Position numbers and translations under genes: made by a program
Source: Neoconidiobolus thromboides FSU 785
Lineage: Eukaryota; Fungi; Entomophthoromycota
Assembly (NCBI GenBank): GCA_025603075.1
Contig: MU626405.1
Location: 1 to 49,186, forward strand
Reading direction: 5' to 3'
Length of the DNA stretch: 49,186 nt
Notes under the pieces: model-generated
What the model was told of the DNA's origin: nothing
Databases searched by the model: none
Seen by the model: only the letters and a program-made list of their open reading frames with translations
Shown: positions 23,984 to 37,920 of the stretch, piece by piece
Layout: each line of letters begins with the position of its first letter
How positions within the stretch are numbered: the stretch's first letter is position 1

Positions 23984-24392
23984 AACTTTAATAACCGACA
24001 GCAGTTTAATACTTGGTATCTTTTATTAAAAAAACATGATATCAAGCTGCAAATATTTTTATTAACAAATATAAATTATTTTAAGCTTTTTATCTCCTGC
24101 TTTTTATATAGTTTTATTTTTATGTTATTAAATAAAAAATTACTTAGGTTTTTTAACTAAATATTTTTCTTTATCTTTTGTCATCTTTGTTTTTACTCAT
24201 TACTTCTAGTTAATTTATATTTAATCAAACAAATAGTTGTTAATTAAAATTTACAGTATTACCAGTTTAAACAACATTTCATTAATAATTTTAAAAAGAT
24301 TAATTAAAGCAGAATAGCAGTATCAATGTTAATAAAAAGTATTATTAAGATAATAAAAGGCCGTCTAGGTTATATATACCTTAATAATAAGC

Positions 24393-24499
24393 ATTTGGGG
24401 GTGTTTTTTTTGGCTCCATTACTTTTTTTATCTTTTAAGCGTTATTTAAATGGAAAAACCATCACTGAAATTCTTAAACATAAAAATACATCCCCATTT
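24393..24499 (+). mobile_element. MITE copy 11
   Basis: ATTT-GGGGGTG...CATCCCC-ATTT, a non-palindromic direct 4-bp duplication. Confidence 0.88.
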
Positions 24500-24906
24500 T
24501 TTCAGAAAATCAACTTATTTGGGTCAATAATAAAAGCACAGGTACATTAAAAAGTAATTACAACAGATTTAAACTTTTAATGTAACAAAGTTTAACTCTT
24601 TAATTGCCACTTAAACCTTCTAAAAATAATATTATAAATAAATAGCATAAAATGTTATAGGCATAAATAATTTAAAAAAAAATCAAAAATCATTTAGGTT
24701 AGTTTGAAATAACATTAGTGAAATTTCAAAGTAGAAAGATTTAAAAAAGTGAACATATTAATATCAAACTAATGAAATTGTTTACATATATTATGCTGTT
24801 TTTTAAATTAGTTTTTTATTTTTTGTTTTCGAGTTCTAATTCTGTTTATGATTGATTATTAATACTCAGGCTTGTAAGTTCTTCTTAAATTGCTACTAAT
24901 ATAAAC

Positions 24907-25013
24907 ATATGGGAGCGTTTCTTTTAACTTCATTACTTTTTCCATTTTTTAAGCACTATTTAAAAGCGGAAAAAGTGTTAGTGAAATTCTTACATAAAAA
25001 TACATCTCCATAT
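24907..25013 (+). mobile_element. MITE copy 12
   Basis: ATAT-GGGAGCG...CATCTCC-ATAT. Confidence 0.9.
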
Positions 25014-26827
25014 TATTTTTTAAAAAAACTGATCAAATGAATGCAATTTAAATGTAACAAACATAAAAATACAAAAACCAAAGTAAGCTAACTCTTAATC
25101 TAAATTTATTAAATTTTCAATCTATATCGTAATAATATAAATAGATAAGTTAATAGTTTTGAAATATATTAAAACATAAGCATGGTATTTTACTCCAAAA
25201 CTAAATAGGGTATTAATTATTAGTCTAATTTTAGCTATTTTTTTAAACTGCAAAAGGGCCAATCAGTCCAAGTGATCTCTTAAATGAGAAAACTTTAAAG
25301 ACAGTAAGTAGTATTAGCAAAAGAGTAATAAGTGGTAAAAGAAAGTATTATAATAAAACCAAGTCTATTTTTACAGAAACTTATTTTAGATGTAAAATTT
25401 TAAATCACTTAAGAACACTAATGATACATTTATAATTGATAAAAAATAGCTCATTTTTTATTTCTTTATAAACATTAACTAACTAGCTTTTCATAATTGA
25501 TATTTATAGCGAATAGAGGATAAGAAAGTATAATGAAAGGAAATAGTATACAATGACAAGAAGTTGAAGTGGTTTATTAAACAGAACATATATCTTCTGA
25601 AAAAATGGACAGAGTTCTAATAGTTAAATAGCTGCAAACAAAAAAACTATAAAATACACTAAATATCTAGTATTTTGTTTTGTTTTTTATTTTTTTGCTT
25701 ACAATTGTTTGATTGTCTAAAGTTTATCTGTTTTTCCAAGGTATAAAACTAAAATACCTTGGATTTGAAATAAAACATAGCTCGATTTACAAAAAAATAA
25801 AATTATACAATATTGCTAGTAAAATTTACAACTTTGAACATTCGATTGAATTCAGTTTGATGTAGCGATAGCGATCCGATCATATAGATTTTATATCGTT
25901 AAACAAGATTACCTTAAATATTTTGTTAATTGTATGATTCTTCAATTTGTAACAAAAACAATGTAATGTAAATTTAATATTAAACAATTTAAAACATAAA
26001 ATAGCTTTTAATTATTAGGGCTATTTTTTATTTATTTATCTAACAAAAATGTGTTTATAATTCATGAAAAAATAATAACAAATATTATTTAAAATTGAAA
26101 ACACAATAATAATACAATTTTCAAAACACATAACTTGAAATAAAACATAAGAAAACAAATTAAAAATTAATTTTATTTATTTTTTTCATTGAAAAATAAT
26201 AGTCCAATTATTTCTTTAATTAGGTATTTTAAATTGTTACACTTACAAAAAATAGTGTGGTGGGTGCCACAACTTTAATAAAAATTGATGAATTTTTAAA
26301 CACTGTTACATATCTTGAGGTTGATCTATTAATATAATTAATGAATATTATAATTATAATATTTATCTATTTATTGTTAACAATAGTGAATATAAGTATT
26401 AAAGTTAACAGTGTTTTGTAAAGTAAATTTCAATAATTATTACATAGAATGTGAACATAAATATCAAGATAAGATGAATAAATTAATAGTATTATAATAA
26501 TAGTAACTGTGATGATATAAAACTATTAAATACTGCTAAATAAAATCAACATAACGAAGATCAAAAAAAACTTTAAAAATAAAAATAATGAAACAATTTT
26601 GTAAATTCAACAAAATTTTAATAAAAAAGATAAACCAAAAATTAATAAAATGCAATAAAAGATGATCTTTTTAAATCTGTAATACCTTTTATATAAAATA
26701 AAGTAGTATAAATACGATGGATTCACAACCTACTTTTACTATCAAAAAAATCTCCAACTTTAATTTAAAGCTGTGCTAAAAATTAAATCAATATATCTTT
26801 CTAAATTTTGAAACTCATAAAACAAAG

Positions 26828-27370
26828 ATGACTTTAATCACTCGAATCACTGGTTTTATTGCCTTTATGGCATTACCACAAATTTTAGGCTACGCCTCTG
26901 GCTCCCATGTACGCAAATACAGCAAAACTTATTATCCTGAATTAAAGAAACCATTTTGGGCACCTCCACCTGCCTTACTCAGGACCATTTGGCCAATTTT
27001 ATATTTATTACAAGGGATAGCAAGTTATTTAGTCTGGCGTCAAAAGATCCTTAATAATACCAATGTTAAAGTTCAAATTATTTTATATTGCATTCAACTT
27101 TTCTTTAATGTCAATTTTTGTCCCTTATTCTTTCGAGTTAAATCCCCATTATTAGCTTTATTCGATTTATTTTTAACTTTAACTTTTGCTGCTTTTGCTA
27201 CTTTAACTTATCTTCCAGTTAGTTCCACTGCCGCTTTTTTGATGCTTCCTTACCTCGGTTTTTTGGTTATTTCAGGTTACCTTTGTAAACGTGTTTGGAG
27301 ACTTAATCAAGGTCGTAATTTAGATGCGGTTATAAACCAAGCTTCTGAACGTCCAGTTACTGTTCAATAA
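26828..27370 (+). CDS. TSPO: TspO/MBR family translocator protein
   Basis: YYPELKKPFWAPP...IWPILYLLQGIASYLVW...QLFFN...PLFF...AAFLMLPYL...VWRLN; five hydrophobic segments. Confidence 0.88.
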   Translation: MTLITRITGFIAFMALPQILGYASGSHVRKYSKTYYPELKKPFWAPPPALLRTIWPILYLLQGIASYLVWRQKILNNTNVKVQIILYCIQLFFNVNFCPLFFRVKSPLLALFDLFLTLTFAAFATLTYLPVSSTAAFLMLPYLGFLVISGYLCKRVWRLNQGRNLDAVINQASERPVTVQ

Positions 27371-27677
27371 GTAAGTATGGTTGTTTAAGATTTTTATATA
27401 TATTCATAGATGGAATTAGAAAATCTTTATAAATTACTTTTTACCTTTACTTGTCTATATTTCTATATCTTTCAACTAGGAATTCTCTCTACCTTTATTT
27501 AACCCTACTGTACCTTAAAATATCTTACACTACCTTTCTCTTTTGATTTGTTTTTAAATAAATCAATATTTTACTAAGTTTTTGCTTTTTGTTTTTATCT
27601 TTTTAAAATTGTAGTCTTTATTAGTTTTATAATGTTTCAAAAAATTGCTTAATAATAAGTATAATATAACATTAAAG

Positions 27678-27784
27678 AGATAGGATATATATTTTTTACT
27701 TAAAGAATTTGTTAGCATGTTTTCCACTCAATAATGCTTAAAAAACAGAAAAAAACGATGAAGCCGAAAAAGACATCCCCATAT
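27678..27784 (-). mobile_element. MITE copy 13 (diverged)
   Basis: Reverse body AAGAATTTGTTAGC...TTCCACTCAA...GCTTAAAAA...GAAGCC...CATCCCC-ATAT. Confidence 0.8.
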
Positions 27785-28990
27785 TAATCTTATAATAAAT
27801 CATATTTGAGTTATATTGTTAATTGTTCTCTGTAATTGATTTTCAGACAAATCAGTATTTATAAGTTTTTATATATAGTTAATTGTTTTTATATTTATCA
27901 TAATACAATAATACGATATAAGGATTATTTATTCTAACTTATTTTTGCATCGTAAATAACCCACGTTTCTATTCTATTAAAATTTTTAAAATATACTTTT
28001 AAAATAAGAGTATTAAATATAAGATTATACAAGTATTTAAATTTTATATTATAAATCACTTTATCCTTCTTCGGTCTCATTATCACATGTAATATAGTTT
28101 AACTGAAGTTGACCTAATTTTTTCAAAATATTATGTTAGGCTTATAAGCACTGCTATTGTCAAGACCATTAATCAAGTTGTCTACTTTCCAAAATCTGAT
28201 GCTATAGTTAAATGAACTTTAATAGAAGTTGAATGCATCTAAAAAGTGATAAAAAGAAGGCCGATATCGATTATTAATAATTTTGATGACGTATTATATA
28301 TTGAGTACGAGTACAAGATGTAGTAAATTAATACACTTTATACTCATAAAAACTATATAAGCAGTCAAATGTTCTACATCTAGATTCTTTCTTTATTGAG
28401 ATTTCCTTTATTTATTTTCTAAAATAAAGTACGCCTTTTGACTCTCATTAGTTATGTTAATTTAGTCAACTTAGTTCAAAGTATACTATTTAGCTTACAT
28501 TTGTTTATAAAGACTTTAAAACTTCATGTTACATTGGTCAAACATTATTCTTACCTTAATACAATTTAAGTAAACTTGTAGGTCCTAAGGGTTATGGGAT
28601 TCTTAATCTCAATGGTGTATAAACTTATATATATAATAGTGTTAGTCATAGACACACAATTCAATTAAAAATTAAAATTAAACATTAAAAATTAAAATTG
28701 CCCAAGCTGCCCATTTATTCTAGAGCAAATCATTCAAATAGTCAACTATAAAAAATAAATGCGATTTTTATTGAAAATCCCATAAGGATTTATTGATTGG
28801 TTCCAAGTTAGAATAATCTAATATTCATCATATCAATTAACATCTAAGATAATCTACAAATTTAAATCCAACTTTAATTAGATACTAATCCAACAAACGA
28901 TAACTTTAACAATTCAACCTATTAATTAAAGAGGTAATATATATATAAGTAAAAAAAGAATAATAAGGATTAATAACACAAATAAGTAAG

Positions 28991-30590
28991 ATGGTTTCAA
29001 TGATAACTAGGTTAAGTACAAAGTTTGTACCTCAATTAAAGAAAAGCTTTAATACCAATGCTTTACGTTATGTATCTTTAAAATCTCATCCTAGAAAAAT
29101 TACACCTGAATTTGCTGCTTCTACTAGTTTAAGAGATTCTAACGTTGACCCAAAAAATGAAGAAACTGAATTTATCGGTAAGCCAATAAAGAAATTTAAA
29201 TTTAAATAAAATCTAACAATTAATTGTTTTATTTTTTACTATAATCAAATAATAGAGGTTCAAGAAATTGATGATACTAAACTTAAGAATTTCACTATTA
29301 ATTTTGGTCCTCAACATCCAGCTGCTCATGGTGTATTACGTTTAATTTTAGAACTTAGTGGTGAAGAGATAACAAGAGCTGATCCTCATGTTGGTTTACT
29401 TCATAGAGGCACAGAAAAATTAATTGAATATAAAAATTACTTACAAGCTTTACCATATTTTGATCGATTGGATTATGTTTCAATGATGACTAATGAACAA
29501 GCTTATTCTTTAGCTGTTGAAAAATTATTAAATATTGAAATACCAGAGCGTGCTAAGTATATTCGTACTTTATTTGCTGAAATCACACGTATATTAAATC
29601 ATTGTATGGCTGTTGGTTCTCATGCTTTAGATGTTGGTGCTACTACCCCTTTACTTTGGTTATTTGAAGAACGTGAACGTTTAATGGAATTTTATGAACG
29701 TGTATCAGGTGCTCGTATGCATGCTGCATATGTAAGACCAGGTGGTGTTTCATTAGATTTACCTTTTGGATTAATGGATGATATTTATCATTGGGCTAAA
29801 CAATTTCCATCTCGTATTGATGAAGCTGAAGAATTATTAAGTGGTAATAGAATTTGGAAAAATCGATTAATGAATGTTGGTATTGTACCTGCTTCAATGG
29901 CATTAGAATTTGGATTTTCAGGTCCAATGTTACGTGGTTCTGGTATTCCTTGGGATATTCGTAAAGAACATCCATATGATGCTTATGATAAAATGGAATT
30001 TGATATACCAGTTGGTACTAAAGGAGATTCTTATGATCGATTTTTATGTCGTATTGAAGAAATGAGACAATCTATTCGTATTATAATTCAATGTTTAAAT
30101 CAAATGCCAGATGGACCAATTAAAATTGAAGATCATAAAATTGTACCACCTGCTCGTGCTGATATGAAAGAATCAATGGAAGCTTTAATTCATCATTTCA
30201 AATTATATTCTGAAGGTTACCATGTACCTAAAGGTGAAACTTATACTGTTATTGAAGCTCCAAAAGGTGAATTTGGTGTTTATTTAGTTTCAGATGGTTC
30301 TAATAAACCTTATCGTTGTAAAATTCGTGCTCCTGGTTTCCTTCATTTAGCTGCTATGGATGATTTAGCTCGTGGTCATACTTTAGCTGATGTTGTTACT
30401 ATTGTAGGAACTTGTAAGTTTATTTATTACTATCATAATATTATTTACTAATTTCATTTTTTACTTTTTATTTTTTATTTAAATTATTATTTAATAATTT
30501 AGCTGATCTTGTGTTTGGTAAGTTTAATTTTACATAATAATTTATTATATAATTTATTAATATTTTATTTTAGGTGAAGTTGATCGTTAA
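28991..30590 (+). CDS. NDUFS2: NADH:ubiquinone oxidoreductase 49-kDa subunit
   Basis: [55 protein letters not shown]. The C-terminus GTSDLVFGEVDR* is rebuilt from tiny exons 30503-30517 and 30574-30590. Confidence 0.96.
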
Positions 30591-31158
30591 ATTTTAAAAA
30601 AAGCATTTTTTATGATTTGAAAATGAATATTATTTTCAAATATACACATTAAATATCCATTTTGATTCTTTTTAATAAATATTAAAAAAAATAAAAATGT
30701 TATTAACAATAATATATTAAAACATGATTTTATTATTAGAGTTTATTTTTTAAATAATATATTTTGTTTTGCTTTGTTTTGTTTTTGTAAATAGAATTAA
30801 TATTAAGAAATTATATATCATTATATTCTTTATTTAATATTCCAAAATAGTTTTATTAAAAATAGAAATTCTATCAACTATTGACATATCAACTAAAATT
30901 CAGTCATTTTAATTACTTTCAATAACATCAACCTTACGTTTTATATAATAATGATATCTATATTATTCTAATTTATCCTAATAATAACCTATAATAAACC
31001 CGATATAATCAAAAATCCTTATCCACATGCCCCAACTCATTATTATGATGACGAAAGTAGGCTTCAACTCTTCATTGATTGGCTACTCATTATCATCCTA
31101 TTTAAATTCGAAAAACTATTTAGATAAAAACTAATCTTATCAACAAATAAAAAACAAA

Positions 31159-32912
31159 ATGAGTAAAGTTGACAATAAAGTGTGTTTAGTTGTCATAGAT
31201 GGTTGGGGTATCTCTCCAAATTCTTCAACTGAAGGTGATGCCATTCGTAATGGAGATACTCCCATAATGGACCGTTTTGAATCAGAAGAAAAAGGATTTA
31301 CTCAGCTGTCTGCTCATGGGTTATCCGTTGGTTTACCTGATGGCTTAATGGGAAATAGTGAAGTAGGTCATTTAAACATTGGTGCAGGAAGAGTGGTTTA
31401 TCAAGACATTGTACGTATTGATCTAGCTTTAAAAAAGAAACAATTTGGTTCAACTGAAAATATCAAAAAATCGTTTCAAAAAGCTATTGAAAGTAATGGC
31501 AGATTACATTTATTAGGTTTGATTTCTGATGGTGGGGTACATTCCCATATCAATCATCTTTTTGGTTTATTAGAAGCTGCTAAAGAAGCCAAAGTTCCTG
31601 AGGTTTTTATTCATTTTTTCGGAGATGGTAGAGATACTAATCCAAAATCAGCCGGTAAATTTTTTAATGTTTAATATATTATATTCTTATTTTTTAATAT
31701 TTGATATTAGTTAAATATGCCCAACAATTACAAGAACATTTAGATCAAAATAAATATGGTAAAATTGGTACTGTAATAGGACGTTATTATGCTATGGATA
31801 GAGATAAGAGATGGGAAAGAATTGAAGTAGCTGTTAAAGCTCTTATTGAAGGAAAAGGAGAAAAAAGTGACGATTTACAAAAAACTTTAAAAGAAAGATA
31901 TGATTCTGATGAAACAGATGAATTTTTAAAACCAATTATATTAAATGAAGATAGTCTAATTAAAGAAAATGATACTTTATTATTTTTCAATTATCGTTCC
32001 GATCGTATGCGTGAAATTACTCAGATTTTTGGAGTTGATTCATCACCTGTAGATGTTAAAATCCCAAAGAATTTAGTAAGTCTTATTTATTTTTACTACA
32101 GTATATTAAATATTTATTATTGTTTACTTAGGATATTACTACTTTCACTCAATATAAAACCGATTATCCATTTAATAAAGCTTTCCCACCACAAGTAATG
32201 GATAATGTATTAGCTGATTGGTTAAGTCAACATAAAGTTAAACAAATTCATATTGCAGGTAAATAGTAATTATATATATTCACCTCCAATTCAATTAACT
32301 TAACCTCCTTTAATTAGAAACTGAGAAATACGCTCATGTGACCTTTTTCTTTAATGGGGGAGTAGAAATTCAATATGATTTAGAAGATCGTGATTTAATT
32401 AATTCCCCTAAAGTAGCTACTTATGATCTTAAACCAGAAATGAGTGCTATTGAGGTTGGTGAAAAAGTAGCTGAAAGAATTTTAGAAGATAAGCATGAAT
32501 TTGTTATGTGTAATTTTGCACCACCTGATATGGTTGGTCATACTGGTAAATATGAAGAAGCTATTAAAGGTTGTGAAGCTACTGATAAAGCCATTGGTAT
32601 TATTGAAAAAGCTTGTAAAGAAAAAGGTTATGTCCTTTTTGTTACTGCTGATCATGGTAATGCTGAAAAAATGATTTCAGAAGAAGGAGGTCCTCATACT
32701 GCTCATACTACTGCTAAGGGTAAGTTTCATTGATGTTTTTATTATTATTTTTATTAATAATAATATTTTTAGTACCTTTTGTTATGAGTAATACAGATCT
32801 TAAATTTAAGGCTGGTTCTGAAGGGGCTCTCTGTGATGTAGCCCCAACTATTTTAGCTACTATGGGATTACCTAAACCTAAAGAAATGGATGGGGAATCT
32901 TTGTTAGCTTAA
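31159..32912 (+). CDS. gpmI: 2,3-bisphosphoglycerate-independent phosphoglycerate mutase (multi-exon)
   Basis: [87 protein letters not shown]. Confidence 0.96.
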
Positions 32913-33039
32913 ATTAAAGTTACAATTTATTAACTATTTTTATACTTAATTATAATTTTTTAATATTTACATTAATAAATAATAACTATTTTTTTTGTTT
33001 ATACAATATAATAATATAACATATATTTAATTATAATAA

Positions 33040-34510
33040 CTAAATAGAAAGTGGAGGATTACGTTTTGTCCAGTCATAATAATATAGAACTACTAATAAT
33101 GGTTGACCAATGATACAAAAAGCTAACCAAAATACAACATTACCAGCAGATGTAGTAGGACCACGATACTTAACAATTAAATCCGTAATAATGATTAATG
33201 GTATTTGACCAAGCATACCCCAAAAAGCAAATCCTTGAATTGAATGTACTGAGACACCAAATAATAATTCATGAAATACGGCTGAAAAGAAAAAACTAAC
33301 AGCTACAGCAACCAATTGTGAATAGCCTGCATTGACAACAGGTACATAAACATGTCGTTTCATCCAATTATGGACGGGTTGATTCCATAAACGCCAATAT
33401 TGAGATAATGAAGAGCTATTCCACCATGGTAAATAAAAGTTACGATCCCCAAATTTTAATACCTAAATAAAGATCAATTTAAAACTTAAATTTATAATAA
33501 ATGAATTAACTTACTTCTGCCAAAGCATTAAGAAAAGAATGAAAAAAAGCGTAAAAACCAAGCAACCAAACGATTACAGAGATTGAAGATAACTTTAAAA
33601 CTCTTTCAAAAACAAAAACGGGATTTGGATTATGTACTTGATTTTCTCTAGTAATTGAATTTCTTAAAGTTGGGATAGCGTATTGAACAACCAAGAAATA
33701 CATTAATAAAGTAGATAATGTAAATTCAGCTATCCTTTTGAGTAAAAAGCCAACTCTTATCTTTTCCGTCCTTGGATAACTTGGTTGATAACATAAAGTA
33801 GGCGCCAATAAAAAATAAATAAAATTATTACTAGTTAAATTATTGGGATATTCTATTTCATAAGAATGAATCTTTTCTTTTTTTTCATAAGCGCTTCTTA
33901 AGCTACTATTAACACAAGCAAATGATATCAATTTAAGTGCTGTAATTGAAGAAAATAACATCATAATAAAACCCAAAAAGGGATGAAATAACCAAAAATA
34001 AACGGTATAAGTAGTCATTATCAATACTAAACTAATATTTAAAGTATGTAAATAACGATAAAACCTCTTTTTTTTATCATCTAATATATCCCCTTTTTCA
34101 CTTATCATTAAGCGTTCAATATAAAAACATACATAACTTGAAGCCAATATATATACTCCTAAAACAAAGGTTAATAGCCAATCCAAATCACTAATACTAC
34201 GTTGAGTTGGTAACCTAATTAAAACTCCATATTTCAAAAAGTTTTCCACTATTAAACGTACATTGGTAGCTAATAATAATAACACTATGATAATAAACAA
34301 GATTAGTCACATTATAGATTTAAGTCTAGCATTCAACTTACTAGCCAAAGTAAAAAAACCACGATAATTTTGAGGTGGAGCTTCTTTTGCTAAAATAGAA
34401 TACGAATTATTGACATGTACGGGGAGAGCATGCTTATAAGGAAAAACTTTGACATCTAATTGATATTTTATTTTCTCTTTTTCAGTCCTTTCTGTTTCTT
34501 TAGTGCCCAT
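33040..34510 (-). CDS. DGAT1: MBOAT diacylglycerol O-acyltransferase 1 (DGAT1/ACAT family), multi-exon
   Basis: NYRGFF, LATNVRLIVENFLKYG, ALKLISF, YPNNLT, YFLLAPTLCYQPSYPRT, ERVLKLS, FHSFLNALAE, FGDRNFYLPWWNSS, WMKRHVY, FSAVFHE. Confidence 0.9.
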
Positions 34511-35166
34511 CTCTTTTTCTTTAGTTATTTTTCAAAAATTGTTTACTTTAAAAACAAATCTTAATTTTGTGATATTTATAGTTAAATTTTTTTAGCATGT
34601 GAAAATCAATGCTTAGCCAGTTGAATCAGAGTTGATAACAAATGCATAATAAATAGTTGAGTTAAGGTTTATCGGATGGCGTATACCAGTAAATTAAAAG
34701 TTAATTATTATATATAATAAACATAATTTGATTGTTTATTTTACTTAAATAAATCATGGAAGTAATAGTTTTAAAGGCTCTTTTAATGCCCTTAAATCTC
34801 CTCCTCTTTATTAAATAATACGCTTATCTAATACTACACCCTTTAAACTCCATTATAATTAACCTTTTTTTTACTGTAATTTATTGTTATTAATTTTACT
34901 CTTTAATTTGTTTTAAAGATAAAAGAATTGTAATATTCATAATATTTTAAATAATATTTTAAATTTAACTTTCGAATGTTTTTTATTCTTAAGAATTTAT
35001 GAAGATTTTAATAATTTTGCTAAATTAGTCAAACTAAAAACATAATTTAAATACTTATTTGTTATTTTATTAATAAAAATAGAAATAGCTTTTGATTACA
35101 ACATAATTGACTTTTGATATTATACAAAACTTATTTCGATAATAAACATTGTTACACTTCCTCAAA

Positions 35167-35271
35167 ATATAGGGATGTATTTTTTTGTTCAAGAATTTTA
35201 CTAACGATTCTTCCACTCAAATAGCATTTAAAAATGGAAAAATAATGAAGTCAAAAAAAATATCCCCGTAT
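35167..35271 (-). mobile_element. MITE copy 14
   Basis: ATAT-AGGGATG...TATCCCC-GTAT. Confidence 0.88.
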
Positions 35272-35768
35272 AAAGTTAACGTAATTCAGTGGAAACAAAT
35301 ATTAGAAGATCTCTGAGACCATTTCAATCCATCTTAACAAATCAAATTTCTCTTTGATATATAAATCAACTATATCATTATAATAAATATATTTTAAATT
35401 CAATATAGTTTATTTGAGTACTTTGAGTTCACCTTATTGCATTTGAATTACTGTTTATAACATCTTGATAGCTCTAACACTCAATTTCAAGCTTTCTATT
35501 ATTTAATGATGCTTTTAATTCAACAATAACTGAGTGTTTTGGGATTAAAAATGTTTTTGAGTTCATTTAGGAGTACTTGAAGTAATTATTCTCTTCCTTG
35601 ACAACAGGTAATTTAGTTATTTTTATACATGATTACCCAGTAATATATATTTTATTGTTATGTACTTTTTTTTGTTGAGTATGTATGATAGTATATTGTT
35701 AACAAAAACAAATTAAAATACTAAAATATTTTTTTATTAACATTGGGCTTTATTTTAAAGAATATAGC

Positions 35769-35868
35769 ATATGGGGGTACTTTTTGGTTTCATCACTTTT
35801 CCCTTTAAGTACTGTTGAGCAGAAAAAATGCTAGCAAGTTTCTTGAACAAAAAAAGACATTCCCATAC
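35769..35868 (+). mobile_element. MITE copy 15 (diverged, internal deletions)
   Basis: ATAT-GGGGGTA...CATTCCC-ATAC. Confidence 0.8.
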
Positions 35869-36261
35869 ACTCTTCATTAACATTTAGTGCAATAACAGTT
35901 GGAATGTTTGAATCTTATTTACAATCAATGTTGATACTTTTACAGATTTCTTTTATAAATCAACCAGTTCAATCCATTCTTATATTTTAAAGGCATTAGG
36001 TAAATCTCCGATATTGTCGTCAATATTGTTATAAGCAGCTCCTTTTACTATGGGAATATCATAATAATTTGTATGTAATGTAAATACAATGAGTAGAATG
36101 GCTTAGGGTTATTAATACTCTGTTAGAAAAACACCTATCTTTTATATGTTTCACCAATTGCTGTTAGACCTGATATGATGAGACTCACTTAGTTTGCCCA
36201 AAATGGTCACTACCTTAACTTGACCTTTAGTTTTCTCAACTGTAATACCAGTACTTTCATC

Positions 36262-36365
36262 ATGTGAGGGTATTTTTTTAGCTTCATCACTTTTTCTATT
36301 AAGTGCTATTTGAGTGAAAAATTTGTTAGTAAAATTCTTAAACACAAAAATACACTCCCCCATAT
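36262..36365 (+). mobile_element. MITE copy 16
   Basis: ATGT-GAGGGTA...AAGTGCTATTTGAGTG...CACTCCCCC-ATAT. Confidence 0.85.
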
Positions 36366-36507
36366 ACTAGAAATTTACTACTAAATAAATAGTTTTATAA
36401 ATGTTAAGCTTTGTAGTTTAAACCTTCATTTGTTATTATATATAATACCACTATATAGTTAGGCTCTAAAATCAATTATTTTGTATAGCAATTGTTTTTA
36501 TTATAAG

Positions 36508-36972
36508 TCAAGCTCTTTCATCAACTCTCATCTTTTTAAAAGTACTTAATAATTTGTCGATATCCGTTAAATTGTTAAGGGTAGCTACTTCTACTACATA
36601 AGTGTTATAAGCTTCTGTATCTAATTCAAATATGGTAGAATATTCTCGAGCCATTAATATTCCATTAGGATAAAGCTTTTCTTGCATAAATTCCTCTAGT
36701 TGATGGCTAGATCTCGAAAGTTCAGATTTATCCAATATAAACATAATAACTAATACTTTAGCTTTATCTTTAATTGTCTTAATTAAAATAGCAGTTCCTA
36801 CACTATCATAATCGTTGATAGGAATTCCAGATTTAATAAAGTAACCATTAAATGGATCTAATCCACTAAATCTTAAAAGAGCAAAGGCTAATCCAGTGAT
36901 CTCACGTTCCCATTTGGCTTCAAGTGCTATATTAGCTGTTGTTAAAAATATCTCTTTTTCCAGTTCATTCAT
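36508..36972 (-). CDS. Hypothetical protein, array paralogue A (only uninterrupted copy)
   Basis: 154-aa ORF; the frame extends upstream to SSFEGYKR at ~37020; homologous to six neighbouring decayed copies. Confidence 0.55.
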   Translation of the reverse strand: MNELEKEIFLTTANIALEAKWEREITGLAFALLRFSGLDPFNGYFIKSGIPINDYDSVGTAILIKTIKDKAKVLVIMFILDKSELSRSSHQLEEFMQEKLYPNGILMAREYSTIFELDTEAYNTYVVEVATLNNLTDIDKLLSTFKKMRVDERA

Positions 36973-37366
36973 GTTTTTTATTTGTTTTCTTATTACTCTT
37001 TTATAACCTTCAAAAGATGACTTGTATCCTTAGCTAATACTTTATTGACTAAGGAAGTCAATCTAAAACAGCATCCAATAAGGTAAATGATGAATTTTAA
37101 AGAAACGCATAATAATTGGCAAATAATTAAGTAATAGATGTTAACTTAGTTTTTATTATTTTGGATTATAATAAATATATAGTGTAAGGCTTTTTATCAT
37201 GTAATTTTTTACTCGCATTTTGATGAAAGGATAATATACTAAGAGGCTATTATTATTTAGATTTTTATCCTTATCAAGTTTAAATTAAAGCTTAAGTATA
37301 CCCAATTTATTTTAGAATCAGGTTCCAGTAGCAATATCCTTATGTAGCAGCATCCTCTATTGCAAA

Positions 37367-37920
37367 TCAAGCGCTTTAATCAATTCTCATCTTTTTAGAA
37401 ACGTTCAGAAATTCATTGATATGAGTTAAATTATATTATAGATGGCTTCTTATACTACCTGAGCGTCTATATTTAATAAAATATAATGGAGGAGCTTGGA
37501 TTCATTAATACTCTATAAAAAAATCAGTATTTTGTATATACTTGGCTAAATGCTCTTCAGATTTTGTAAAATTTGATTTGTCCCAATTACATTCAATTGC
37601 TAATACTTTGGTCCTATCTGTAGGTTTCTGGACCATAGTATTAGCATATATATTACTATTATAGTCAATATAAATGTTTTTAATACGAAAGCAATCATCA
37701 TTATCTAATCCAATGAATTTCAAAAGAGCAGTCACTAATTCAATGGCATTATCATCCAATCTAGCATAAGGCGCAGTGTTTGTCGTTGTTGTTAATCTTT
37801 CCTTTTGAATTTCATCTATATTTTGATTTTGAGTTTGTATATTATTCTTTTTATAGTTGTCAAAAGATGAAACTTATATCCTTAGTTAATAATCAACTAG
37901 TTAAAAATATACACTAACCT
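37367..37920 (-). pseudogene. Array paralogue B (frameshifted)
   Basis: SSFDNYKK...AIELVTALLKFIGLD...KVLAIECNWDKS..., then VLMNPSSS and NNLTHINEFLNVSKKMRID*SA* in shifted frames. Confidence 0.75.

Noticed and set aside
23897-24550. ORFs 23897-24160 and 24326-24550
   Set aside because: Overlap MITE copies 10 and 11 and give similar repeat-derived peptides (LKHKNTSP); no gene signals.
36151-36363. 70-aa minus-strand ORF
   Set aside because: Begins inside MITE copy 16 (antisense); no independent coding evidence.
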